A stretch of 64,000 bases of DNA from Octopus bimaculoides (taxonomy: Eukaryota), in assembly GCF_001194135.2 (NCBI RefSeq), contig NC_068981.1, positions 198,951,290-199,015,289 on the forward strand. The letters are read 5' to 3'. Below are positions 52,867 to 64,000 of the stretch, piece after piece (the stretch's first letter is position 1; each line of letters begins with the position of its first letter). Made by a program: the position numbers and the translations under genes. The notes under the pieces are model-generated. The model was not told the origin of the DNA and searched no databases. It worked only from the letters and a program-made list of their open reading frames with translations.

Positions 52867-53524
52867 AGACTATTTTTCAGTTTTCACCTACCAGATTCAC
52901 TCACAAGACTTGTTAGCCTACTTGCCCAAGGTGCCACACATTGGGACTGAACCCAGAACCATTTGGTTGGGAAGCAAACTTCTCAACCATACAGCCATGC
53001 CTTTCTATACACATATATGTATATAGACTGAGGTATAGCTGTGTGGTTTGTAGAAGTACACCATTTTGAGTTCAGACCCACTGCATAGCTCCTTGGGCAA
53101 GTGCTGGGTTGACTAAAACCTTGTGAGTAGGTTTGGTTTATGGAAACTGAAAGAAGCTCATCATGTGTGTGTGTGTGTATATATATCATCATCATCGTTT
53201 AACGTCTGCTTTCCATGCTAGCATGGGTTGGACGACTTGACTGAGGACTGGTGAAACCGGATGGCAACACCAGGCTCCAATCTAAATTTGGCAGAGTTTC
53301 TACAGCTGGATGCCCTTCCTAACACCAACCACTCAGAGAGTATATATATGTATACCGATGGACTGGCCCTCGTGCCGGTGGCATGTAAAAGCACCTACTA
53401 CACTCTCGGAGTTGTTGGCGTTAGGAAGGGCATCCAGCTGTAGAAACTCCGCCAAATCAGATTGGAGCCTGGTGCAGCCATCTGGTTCACTAGTCCTCAG
53501 TCAAATCGTCCAACCCATGCCGAT

Positions 53525-53675
53525 CTTTCAAAAGTGGATGGAACATGTAGAAGTGAAAGACCCAGGAAGACATGGGATGAAGTACAAAAGAATGACCTCA
53601 GGATGCTAAACCTTTCAGGTGAGATGACAAAAGACGGAGATATCAGGCACCTTGCTGTACTCGAGAAGTGTTAAG
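53525..53675 (+). mobile_element. RTE LINE ORF C-terminus
   Basis: RPRKTWDEVQKNDLRMLNLSGEMTKD; followed by the (GAT)n-tailed repeat. Confidence 0.8.
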
Positions 53676-54062
53676 ACCAGTCCCTCTGGTGGTATGGAAG
53701 CACTTGTGGCTGGGCCATGTAAAAGCATCCAGCCATAGAAACCATGCGAGATCAGACTGGAGGAGTCTAGTGCAGCTCCCCAGTTTGCCAGCCCTGGTCA
53801 AACCACCCATCCCATGCCAGTATGGACAATGGATGTTGAATGATGATGATGATGATGATGGTGGTGTGTGTGTGTGCGTGAGAGAGACTGACACTGAGTC
53901 TCGGTTTATCCATTGGTGCCATATTAAACAGGAACTTTTCTCTAATGTAGCACACTGAATCCTACCTACTTCCTTCTTGTTTGTTTAATTTAGTTGTTAA
54001 TCCTAATGTAGTTGTGCATATTGACTGATGCTAGTCCTGTGTATCTGATATTTTCAGTGCAG

Positions 54063-54159
54063 GAAATATAACTGCAAATTCTATTGATCTTACTAATTCA
54101 TATCCCACTACTGCAGACAGACGCTATAAACCTGAATTTACTGTGTGCAACAACAATGC
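54063..54159 (+). CDS. Gene B internal exon (GNITANSIDLTNSYPTTADRRYKPEFTVCNNN)
   Basis: tgatattttcagtgcag| acceptor (two AGs 5 nt apart) and donor gc|gtatat. With the distal AG the exon runs phase 1 to 2. Confidence 0.5.
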
Positions 54160-54160
54160 G

Positions 54161-54194
<34 letters not shown>

Positions 54195-55428
54195 GTGTAT
54201 ATATTTATGTATATATACTTGACAGACAAAGTAAAAATGAAATCCAATTATTTGAAGTAATTTCACTAATATTTAATTTGCAAAACCAGAGAAAGTGCTT
54301 TGAAATTATTCACAAATATCTTTCTATAAAAGATGTTGTTTTATACTTTTATTTATGTAATTATTACAGTTTTTCAAAGAGGTATTTTTAAAAAATCCTA
54401 CCTAAAATAGAGACACACACATAAAATAGACACACACACATAAAATAGAGACACACACACACATGCTTTGATACACAATAGTGTAGTGGCTGCTGTGCTG
54501 GAAGAGCAGCGGACAAAGTAAGGAGGGGGTAGGAAGGGCTCAGAGAACCCTAACACCCCGACTGGTGACAAAAAAAAAAACTCAGCCTCTGTTAGCAACA
54601 AAAACGTTTGTCTCCCAGTAAGAATTGAGAATGTGACATCTGTGTGGAAGCAAAATTTGGGAACAGAAAATGATTTAAGAGTCCTCTATATTTGTAATAC
54701 GTTTCCTACAAAACATCAAAGGTTACACACATATGCGTACACACACAGACTTCTGTAAAACTCTGCCATTCTTCCATATATTTGGCATCTGTTCTAAAGA
54801 CTCATACTATTCTGTCTAGCAGAATTTGGACGATTTGACTGAGGACTGGCAAACCAGAAGGCTGCACCAGGCTCCAATCTGATCTGGCAGAGTTTCTATG
54901 GCTGGATGCCCTTCCTAACGCCAACCACTCAGAGAGTGTAGTGGGTGCTTTTACATGCCACCGGCACGAGGGCCAGTCAGGCAGTACTGGTAATGGCCAC
55001 GCTTAAATGGTGTTTTTTATGTGCCACCTGCACAGGAGCCAGTCCAGTGGCACTGGCAACGACCTCGCTCGAATATTTTCTCACGTGCCACCAGCACAAG
55101 TGCCAGTATGTCGACGCTGGTAACGATCACACTCGAATGGTGCTTTTTACATACCACTGGCACGGAAGCCAGACAGTTGCTCTGGCAATGATCACGCTCA
55201 GATGGTGCTGTTAACGCTCCACTAGCACTGGTGCCAGTCGTCGATTTTGGTTCAATTTTGATTTCACTTGCCTTAACAGGTCTTTGCAGACAATTCACAA
55301 CTTAATAGTATTTTAAAACACAATTTTCCAGTCTGATCCAATTACAAAATTTTTAAATCACTGATGATTCATTGTACATGGACAAATAAAGTTGATTCTT
55401 TTCACAACTGCTCTTTAAATTCTTCAAG

Positions 55429-55636
55429 TTCCTTGGATTCTAATGTTGGTAATGTAAAACACAGTGTGACCAACATGCTTGGAGCTTTCTCTGTGACAAG
55501 ATCAATGAATCCAAATCTATTTCCAATCACTGCAGCAACTCCTGTACACTCTGATACAATGCCATCATACCCCATGGTAGTTGAACAGCCAATGGATGAA
55601 CTTGAACTGCCATATGATGGCAAAATTCTGTTTTGA
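55429..55636 (+). CDS. Gene B putative terminal exon (SLDSNVGNVKH...PMDELELPYDGKILF*)
   Basis: ctctttaaattcttcaag| acceptor in phase 2. The four exons sum to 435 nt (144 aa plus stop). The product is S/T/P-rich and unidentified. Confidence 0.45.
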
Positions 55637-55823
55637 TGATACCAACTTCTTTGATAATACCAATTTCAAAGCACCATGGTGCCAACATAATTATTATGCT
55701 GGTCATCAGGGGTCATGTTCTTTCTTACTTCTTATGGCTTCACATTTCCACTGCTCATTAACAAATTCGAAGTCATGCATTGTGCTCTCTCTCGGTTCAG
55801 TGAAGCTAAAACCAAGCCCTTCA

Positions 55824-55871
55824 TTAACCCTCCCCCACTCCTGTTTTTACAACATCATATTCACTTAAAAT
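55824..55871 (-). CDS. Gene C putative terminal coding exon (ILSEYDVVKTGVGEG*)
   Basis: tgtttgttaattcttacag| acceptor; phase-0 frame joins 56177-56248. Confidence 0.35.
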   Translation of the reverse strand: MLSEYDVVKTGVGEG

Positions 55872-56176
55872 CTGTAAGAATTAACAAACACCAAATATAA
55901 ACAGCTGAAAAATAATTTTTTTAATACAAACAGAATCATTAGCATCAATTTTCTGCAATGATAGAATGTAAATGATTTGTCCAAATGGTGCCACTTATTG
56001 GTGTTGAAGATGTGCAAATGGTCTGCACTTCTACATAATGCATCTCTAGTCTAATGCTCACCCATGCCTATACATAAACTGACAAAGGACTGGGGAAATG
56101 TGTTTTATAAAATAATTAGAGTTAATTATGTCGTTGTTGATTGTAGTTTATAATAAAGATTGAGTGCCATACTCAC

Positions 56177-56248
56177 AAAGAATATGGATACTACCGTTGC
56201 CACCAGTGTTTGGGCAGCCGTGCCGTAGAATGAGATATCAAAGTCAGC
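56177..56248 (-). CDS. Gene C exon (ADFDISFYGTAAQTLVATVVSIFF)
   Basis: ttcatacatag|72 nt|GTGAGTAT; only phase 0 is open; higher GC than the flanks. Confidence 0.55.
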
Positions 56249-57293
56249 CTATGTATGAATTTAAATAAAGATAATGGATGAAAGAAAGATGCACCAGCAT
56301 GATATGAAATTCTGTGCTTTTTTAGTGCTATTTTGCTGTTATGAGCTATTTTAATTATTAATAATTGGTCAACAGACTCACTTCTATTTACTGATTGTCA
56401 GAAATAAAGAATGAAATATTTAAATGTGATAAATGCATTTTGTTGATTCTAATCACAATAGTTTACTGTTAATTTCTCAAATTAATTGTCTGCAAAACAA
56501 TAAGATAATAAATACAAATGAAAACCTATTAAATAATGAAGAAACATTGAATGGTTGTCTTTCTTAAGTTCGACTGTAAATTGGTTATATTGTTAAAAAT
56601 TGGTAAAGACAATTGTGTCAGAATGGAGGGAAAATGTCTAACTTCTAAATTGTTGTTGTTGAGTCAGCACCAAAGTCTTCATGTTATTAACAAATACAAC
56701 ACATTTAACAAGTTGTTGTAGATATAGGAAATAATTGAAACTAAATGACAGGAAATTGATCTTTTGTTGACATTTCCACATATTTAGGCTGGTTGGAGGA
56801 ATAAGTTATTCAGGTATTATTTTACTTCTGGATGCCCTTCTCAATGCTAACCCCCACCTGTTTTCTAAGTAAGAGATTTTCTGTTCCACACAGCTTTGAA
56901 GGCATAAAGTGAATGAAAAAATTTGTAACATAAGTGCCAACAGCACAACTCCATTTTTAAATAAATAAATGCAAGATGATAACAAAAGAAATCAATCCTG
57001 CCAGCATGTGCACACACGCATACGTGACAGGCTTAGGGTCCCTTCCTCTCATTTCTGTTTAGCAAATCCACTCACAAGGTTTCAAGCAACCTGGGACTAT
57101 AACAGCAGACAGATACCCAAAGTGCTGCTCCCTGGGACTGAATCGGAAACTTCATGGTTGAGAAGCAAACTCCTCATCTCCAAAGTCCAGGATTCAAGTG
57201 AATCAGCTTCCTAAGTGGTAAAGCACCGGATCAGGTTGAAAAAGGAAATTGTGTACACAATGAATTCCAAGAAACATATATATGAATACATAC

Positions 57294-57425
57294 CAAAGTA
57301 CAAACGGATTCCATTTGTATGTACAATTGACCGTTCCTGACTGAGTGTATTTCTGAGTCACAGAGCTGTACTTAGGAACACGCACTGCATCAGTTGTACT
57401 GCACTTAATAAACTCCAGATCCATG
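57294..57425 (-). CDS. Gene C candidate exon (132 nt phase 2, MDLEFIKC...KWNPFVL; or 72 nt phase 0 from 57365, LCDSEIH...SVCTL)
   Basis: Strong donor tg|GTATGT at 57293. Two plausible acceptors give different frames; only the 72-nt form joins 56177-56248 without a stop. Confidence 0.4.
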
Positions 57426-57721
57426 CTAATAGCAGGTTTTGAGTAAGATAAATAATGAATAACAACAGACGGATAATAGTTCATTCACTACAGCTGTTTT
57501 AAACAAATTTCTTTTATTGATGAATAGAAATATTACATCATGCGAAAAAAAGAAATGTTCTCATCGGGTAAATATACGTGAATTACACATTTAAAAAGCA
57601 TTCCAAACCTCACCAGTTTGTGCCACTTCATGATTTCCTAACCCATAAGAGTTAAAAAAATCTTTTGACAATTACTGGTCAGTGACTCATGTAGATCCAT
57701 GGTTGCATTAACAGCTTAATA

Positions 57722-57958
57722 ATGCAGTTCTATATTTAAGAGTTGAGGAATTATGAATATTATTTACATTATTTATATTTGACGGATATTTGTCCTCATC
57801 TTGTTTGTTGTTAACACAATGTTTCGGCTGATATACTCTCCAGCATTCATCAGGTGTCTTGGGGAAATTTCGAACCTGGTTCTCATTCCTAAGGTATTTT
57901 TTGATGTTATTATTTATTAAAATCACTTCCTGAGATTGAACTCGGAATCTAGGAGTTA
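57722..57958 (-). mobile_element. tRNA-headed element with Penelope-type hammerhead tail, copy 3 (head truncated)
   Basis: Same tail sequence as copies 1, 2 and 4; fused to copy 4 at a shared gtta. Confidence 0.8.
57813..57858 (-). ncRNA. Minimal type I hammerhead motif (GAAAC-AUU variant, stem II mismatch)
   Basis: gacac CUGAUGA a uGCUG gagaguauau CAGCC GAAAC auu guguu. Confidence 0.55.
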
Positions 57959-58160
57959 AGAGCACGGGCTACTAACTCTAAGATTCCGAGTTCGATTCCA
58001 GGCAGTGACCTGAATAATAATATTAATAATAATATCGGAGAACCCAGGTTCGAAATTTCCCCAAGACACCTGATGAAGGCTGGAGGGTATATCAGCTGAA
58101 ACGTTGTGTTAACAACAAACAAGATGAGGACAAATATCCGTCAAATGTAAATAATGTAAT
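57955..58160 (+). mobile_element. tRNA-headed element with Penelope-type hammerhead tail, copy 4
   Basis: gttaagagcacgggctactaac...GAGTTCGATTCC B box, followed by the best-preserved hammerhead motif. Confidence 0.8.
58065..58110 (+). ncRNA. Minimal type I hammerhead motif, best-preserved copy
   Basis: Stem I gacac/guguu, core CUGAUGA, stem II GGCUG/CAGCU, GAAAC, palindromic stem III AC/GU, NUH triplet GUU. Confidence 0.7.
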
Positions 58161-61100
58161 AACTTAATAATGGTTTGTTTTCACAGTAATATACAAGAAA
58201 ACAACATTAAAAAAAAATAAGCTTTATACATTTATTTATGCATTGTAAACTTTCATTTAAATGTTTAGTGTTGATTCCCAGAAAAGAAAAGAGAAAAAGA
58301 GCACCGAGTAACATCGAGATTGGCAATTGGTGTTGGGGGAGTTTATGTCTCAGTGTTTCATCAAAAGAAACCAATCGAATGAGTAACAGGCTTAAAAGAA
58401 TGGGGTTGATTTGGTTGACTAAAGATTCTTCAAAGTGATGCCCCAGCATGGCCAGTCTAATGACTGACATAAAAGGTAACAGATATGTCTTCAGTTTCTC
58501 TCCAATGGTGGAAATCCTGTTGAAAATAAGAAATACTTGCTTCTTTTGTATTAAAGTCTTCAACTGTGTCTTCAATGTCGATCAAGAATTAAATGTATTC
58601 AAAGAATAAATGCTTTGACACATTATGAGAAATACACCTTTTATAGATCGTTGTGAACATTTACAAACAAATATAATTAATAGTAATACATATGTTTCTT
58701 AATTGATAATTTCTTACCATGACTGATATAACACGCAATGTTTCTTTGTTCTCTTATCGCTATCTTGATAAAGAACCTCTCACTGGAACATTGATGTCTA
58801 TTCCCCACCCACTACCCAACAATTTCTATTCATTTCTCTCTCAATTTCCTAGTGAATGTTAATCGGGATAGCGACATGCATGGCTGATATAATGTTTGAC
58901 ATTGCAATGTTCAACAGCTTGAAATTAAATAAAAGAATCTTAGTCATTTCAATTTCTTATTGTCATTTGTTTTATTATCAACAGTTGGATATACTTTAGT
59001 ATGATACTCTCTATTAAGGAAAGAGTTTTTCCTGTTTGTAGATGATAATGTTAGTTGCAGTAGATTTGGTGGTTTTGTTGTTGCTGCTGCTGCTGTTGTT
59101 GTTTCATTGTCATGTAGATAGACTTTGAGGAAAAAAAGCAATTAGTTAATTTGTTTAAAATATTGCAGTGTGTGAATGACATCAATATCAGTAACAGCAT
59201 TTCGTCTGTCTTGATTTTCTGAGGTTAAATTCTGCTGGACTTTGCCTTTTGTCCTTTCAGGGTCAATGAACCAAGTACCAGTCATGTACTGGGGGTTGAT
59301 GTAATCAACTTAACCCCCACGCACACTCCCCTGAACTTGCTGGCCTTGTGCCAGATATTTGAAACAAGTATTGATATACCTAATTAAAAAAGCATTGAAT
59401 TCTAATTGCCCTCTGTGTATTGTTCTTCAGAGTTTGTCTCATTCTGAGACGGGAGCTTTTAACACAAGTCTACAAAGAGATTTTCTATCTCAGACAATGC
59501 CATTCAACAGTGAATATACATTTAGTATGATACACAGATAATGTAGTTTTGAGTATTTTCATATTAATTTACATTACCTTGCTTCTCACCTGCATTCCTT
59601 GACACTTTAAGCATTCAGATTATGCTGTCAAATGTAATACTTATTTATTCACATTGTTTTGAATTAATCCTGGATTGTCTCAAAGCTTTGAAATTTTGAT
59701 AATGTTTCTTTTTTAGAGTTACATTGTAGAGTAGGTGTGATAAGCCAGATCTGACTAGTCTGAACATAAAACAGGTTGAATATTTGGGCTGGATAAGGTT
59801 TAAAATGACAGGTTGGTCATGTCCGGGAAGCAGTTGATCAGTGGTCTGATATGTGTTGGCCGAGGGCTAAACATCAACAGAGAGAGACAAGATTATAGAC
59901 CTGTGTGTTCTATGTCAGTATCAAGCAACCATCATTAGTTGATGAGGGTGAGCAGAGGGAGCAGTGGGTAGTTAGATGGTGGTTGATAATTTAGTATTTT
60001 GTTCCAAAGTATGAAATCCTGATGAAATATTGTTTATAGAATCTTTAATGAATCACCTGATTAAAAATCTATCTATTCATACTTAATTAACCAAAGATTC
60101 TAATAGAAATTTACTGAAGTTTCATCAGTTTTTCTTACAACATTTGTAAATGTTTCTTTTATAAAATGGCAAACTATCAAGTTTTTTATTTTTATTTACT
60201 ATTTTTGTTTCTATACTTGGCATTGTTAGAAATGAGAAACGGTAAAGGTTCTGTGTTGAATGAGTGACATAATTTTAATCATTGTTTATTTTTGTTTTTC
60301 TGGTGCTGGGGTTAGTTTTGAAAAGAATTTTCAAAATATAAAGACTATTCTACTTTAAAGCAAACTTTTTAAACATCTTCATTGTAGTTTTTATTTTAAG
60401 TTCATATTTTCTTTTCTCTCTTTCTCTTCTTTTCTGTTCTTTGTTCCTTTATGTCTGGAATTTTGTCTTTTTATCTGGTCCCCTTCACGTTTCAGTTGTT
60501 GTTTAGTCTCAAGTCACTCCTGATACAACAAAGTAGTCCAGCTGTGACCATCCCTTCCTAGCTTTAATTTATGCATAATGTATCCTGGATTACATTATCT
60601 AATGTGTTCCTGCTGTTGAGCCAAGCCTACTCTTGATCAAGCAATCCTTTGATCTGACATTCCAGTTGTGACCATCTAGGACTAGATTATGCAATAAAGC
60701 TTTCCTCTTTTTTGAAAAAGAAACTATTATGATTTGAGGGCGAGTTAGCTGCTATTTCTAGATCAAGCTGTCATATAAATCCACATATTTTGGCTTGTAA
60801 AATACATTTTGTTGATAAAGTTGGGCAAATGTTGCTTGAATTCATTGTGAATATAACTTCAATTGTAACCACAGTTGACATTCCATAGTGATGATGATGA
60901 TGGTGGTGGTGGTGGTGATGTAAGGTGCGACAGGTTGTAATTGCTCTGGTTTTTTTTATTGATAATGTTGTGCCAGTTACTGAAAAGCCAACACCCTTGG
61001 CTCATTGTTCCACATTGCCAACTATCATAAAAGTAATTCTATATCCAACACCACTCCTTCTTTCACTCTGAATGTTACTAAAGAAATCTTTTTAACAATT

Positions 61101-61188
61101 TGTCTCTTGGTCTCTTGGTTAATGTTACTTCTTGTATCATGAGCAGCAACTAGTTTAGTGCAGTCTACAGCATTTGATGTGGTGAACC

Positions 61189-61223
<35 letters not shown>

Positions 61224-63622
61224 GTGTTTTAAATCCTTATTGAGAGGATATTTCAATTCCCATTTAAAACACTTTTCTTTTTAAACTATTGAATTAAGTT
61301 AACTAAAACATGAGAAATAGAATCAGAATTTTATAAATGAATTCATCATAAGTTCTCTGTGTTGTAAACGACAACAACAAAAATAAAAGCAAGTTTGGAA
61401 TTTTATAAAATTTAATTCTTTTTTTTTTACCATTGTTTATCATTGGCAAACCATCAGATATGGACAAGAAACAAAAGGAAAAGAGATTGTCTTTGGCCAC
61501 CTCTGAACCTGGTTCTCTCCATGATTACACTGCATTTATACAGTAAAATATCTGGGTTATTGCAGCAGCAGCATGGCCAGTATTAGTTGTAATACCAAAT
61601 CGATCTTCTACCCTGATGTGATTATATAAACTGCTTAATTATAATTTTAGTCTTAATTGGACTTCATTGATTTTATTGCAAACTTTTAAGTTTCCTAAAA
61701 AGTTCTCTTTTTCTCAGAGTCTTGCTGTTGTTTTTCTAACTTTTTCTTTTTTTAATTAATTAATAATTGATTTTAGTTTTAAAATACTAAACTCATTAAA
61801 TTTTGTGAGGAAGCAGAGATGCTCAAACATCTGATAAGATGTTTATAGTATTTAGTTCCACCTGGTTCCATCCTTTTAAACCTCACCAGTGTTGTCTTTG
61901 ATTCCTATTAACAGATACAGTCTTTCTATAGAAATTTCAGGATTTCTGCCAATGTTAGAAGTCATCAACTTTCTTTTGGTAAAGGTATCAAACAATTTTA
62001 ATTCAAAAGGATTATACAACTTGTTATATTTTAGTTCAGTTAAAGTTGCCTGAATTTCTAGAATTTTTGGTAATTTTTGGATATAGCCTCAGGTTAGGTG
62101 TGATCCAGCTAAGGCATTCCACCCATGACCACACTATTAAAATGGCATATATGCCATTATCATTGGTATATACTTAAAATCATGTCAGACCTACATAGAT
62201 ATTAACAGAACATTATTATATTATATGGTTGTTGAAGTTCTTACTGTGGAGAATATAAAATACTATTTTAATATTTCTGTTTCACCATAGCTGTTCCTTA
62301 TTGTATGATGCTGGGCCATTCTTGGGTGGTTCCATTAACATATCACCTATGGCAAGGCATTTGTTAAATCATTATTTAAAATTTCTTTAATTCTAAAAGG
62401 ATGGTGTCTCACAGCCTTTCTCATGGCACAACATAAAAGGAGAGTGGGAGGGAACCCAGTACATGACTGGTATTTTATTATTCAATCCCAGAAAGATGAG
62501 ACGGCAAAGTTGATGTTGATGGAATTTGAATTTGGAGAACAGGAAACTGGAGCAAATACCTGCAGGCTAGCTTTCAAACCTTTCTCTGTTGCTGCCCAAA
62601 ACTGTTTCAGATTCTCCAGTGATTCATAGTATTTGTAGATAACCAGCAAAAATATTTATTTGTAAAGTGTGATAGTTTATGTCAAGTAAACCTAGACAAG
62701 TGAGGTATCTAACTTGCAACCACTGGAAAGAAATATATGGAGTGTGGTTGAGTGTTGGTATTTTCAACATGGCACCAAGGTAAAGTTGAAGGATAAACTG
62801 AGAGAAAAAACAGCAGCTGGGTGTTAAAAGTACTGGCAGACTGATGAGTGTAATAAGGGTAGGTGTGTAATGTAAATAGATAAATGTTGATTTAGTAGCA
62901 ATGGTAGGATGATAAAAGAAAGACTTGAAGCAGAATTAGAATGTGGTTTTTAGATGAGCTTTGTGGAAATTCCAGATGAAAGTAAACAAGGTATAACAAA
63001 GAAAAATAAATGAATTTGAATGGTATGAAGCTTGATTCCCAACCACATGGTCCATGGTTCAGTCCCACTGTTTGACAATTTGAGCAAGTGTCTTCTACTA
63101 TGGTCTCAGACCAACCAGAATCTTGTGAGTGGATTTGGTGGACGGAAACTGAAAGAAGCCTATCATGTATATATTGACATGTATCTTTGTGTCTGTGTTT
63201 GTCTACTACTACCACTTGACAACTGATGTTGGTGTGTTTACATCCCCATAACTTAGCGGTTCAGCATAAGAGACTGACAGAATAAGTGCCAGGCTTAGAA
63301 GAACAAGTAAGTATTGGGGTCAATTCATTTGACTAAAAGTTCTTCAAGGTGATGTCCCAGCATGGCCACAGTCTATTGACTGAAACAAGTAAAAGATTAA
63401 ATATTATAATATTAATAATCCTTTCTACTATTGGCACAAGGTCTGAAATTTTGGGGGACGGGGCTGGCCAGTTACATTGACCCCAGTGTTTGACTTGTAC
63501 TTGTTTCATTGACCCCTAAAGCATAAAAGGCAAATCTAACCTTGGTAGAATTTTAACTCACAACATAACAGATTGAATTAAATGCCACCAAGCATTTTGT
63601 CCAGTGCAATAACCAATGTGCC

Positions 63623-64000
63623 AGAAGGGAGGCTAGGCGACAGGTTTATTTAGCCAGAGGGGAAGCAGATAAGGAAAGATTTGCCAATGTTCTGCGCCGT
63701 GAGGACCAAAGACTCGAGGTATTTCGTGTTGCAAGACAGTGTAGGAGAGAGAATAGTGATGTTGTAGGAGAGAAATGTGTTCGCATGGATGATGGTACGC
63801 TTGCATTAAATGAGGATGCAAAGAAAGAGGTCTGGAGATGCCACTACGATAGATTGCATAATAAAGAGAATGAATGGGAGAAAGAGAGCCTGCCTTATGT
63901 CGACCCAATAGAGGGACCAGCTATCCGAGTTGATAGTACCAGGGTAGATAAAGCAATTAAGAGTATGAAGACCGGGAAAGCCCCCGGCCCATCAGGAATC
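63623..64000 (+). mobile_element. 5'-truncated, apparently young RTE LINE (open frame runs off the window)
   Basis: 126 uninterrupted codons RREARRQVYLARGEA...KAIKSMKTGKAPGPSGI. Confidence 0.9.

Noticed and set aside
55402-55623. - strand ORF MPSYGSSSS...EEFKEQL
   Set aside because: More simply the antisense of gene B's terminal exon; no acceptor linking it to gene C.
58944-59141. T/A-rich or polyQ ORF
   Set aside because: Built on a (CAG/CAA) microsatellite; no usable donor.

Overview
AT-rich, repeat-dense animal genomic DNA with six N gaps. The repeat landscape (several tRNA-headed SINE families, an RTE-type family with a (GAT)n tail, very long TA/CA/GACA arrays) suggests a coleoid cephalopod such as Octopus; this is an inference, not a database match. 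There is no long intact host ORF. Most ORF-track entries are microsatellite or SINE artefacts or decayed transposons: CR1-like, RTE and R4/Dong LINEs, Gypsy gag, Tc1, mariner, maT, hAT and pogo MITEs, and Penelope-like remnants. Reading splice signals by hand gives three tentative host genes. Gene A (- strand) starts MAEIRQRFPTENEESKDK at 38479 and continues through a chain of 12-55 nt exons down to about 786, encoding a type II membrane protein. Gene B (+ strand) lies head-to-head with A from 40028 and encodes a disordered protein of about 144 aa ending at 55636. Gene C (- strand) contributes 3' exons converging on B. None can be named. The main finding is a ~290-bp element that joins a tRNA-like Pol III head to a Penelope-type tail containing a minimal type I hammerhead ribozyme motif. 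It occurs four times, always as head-to-head inverted pairs (about 11.0-11.6 kb and 57.7-58.2 kb). A separate long foldback element at 10.2-10.6 kb carries a hammerhead-like core in its loop.
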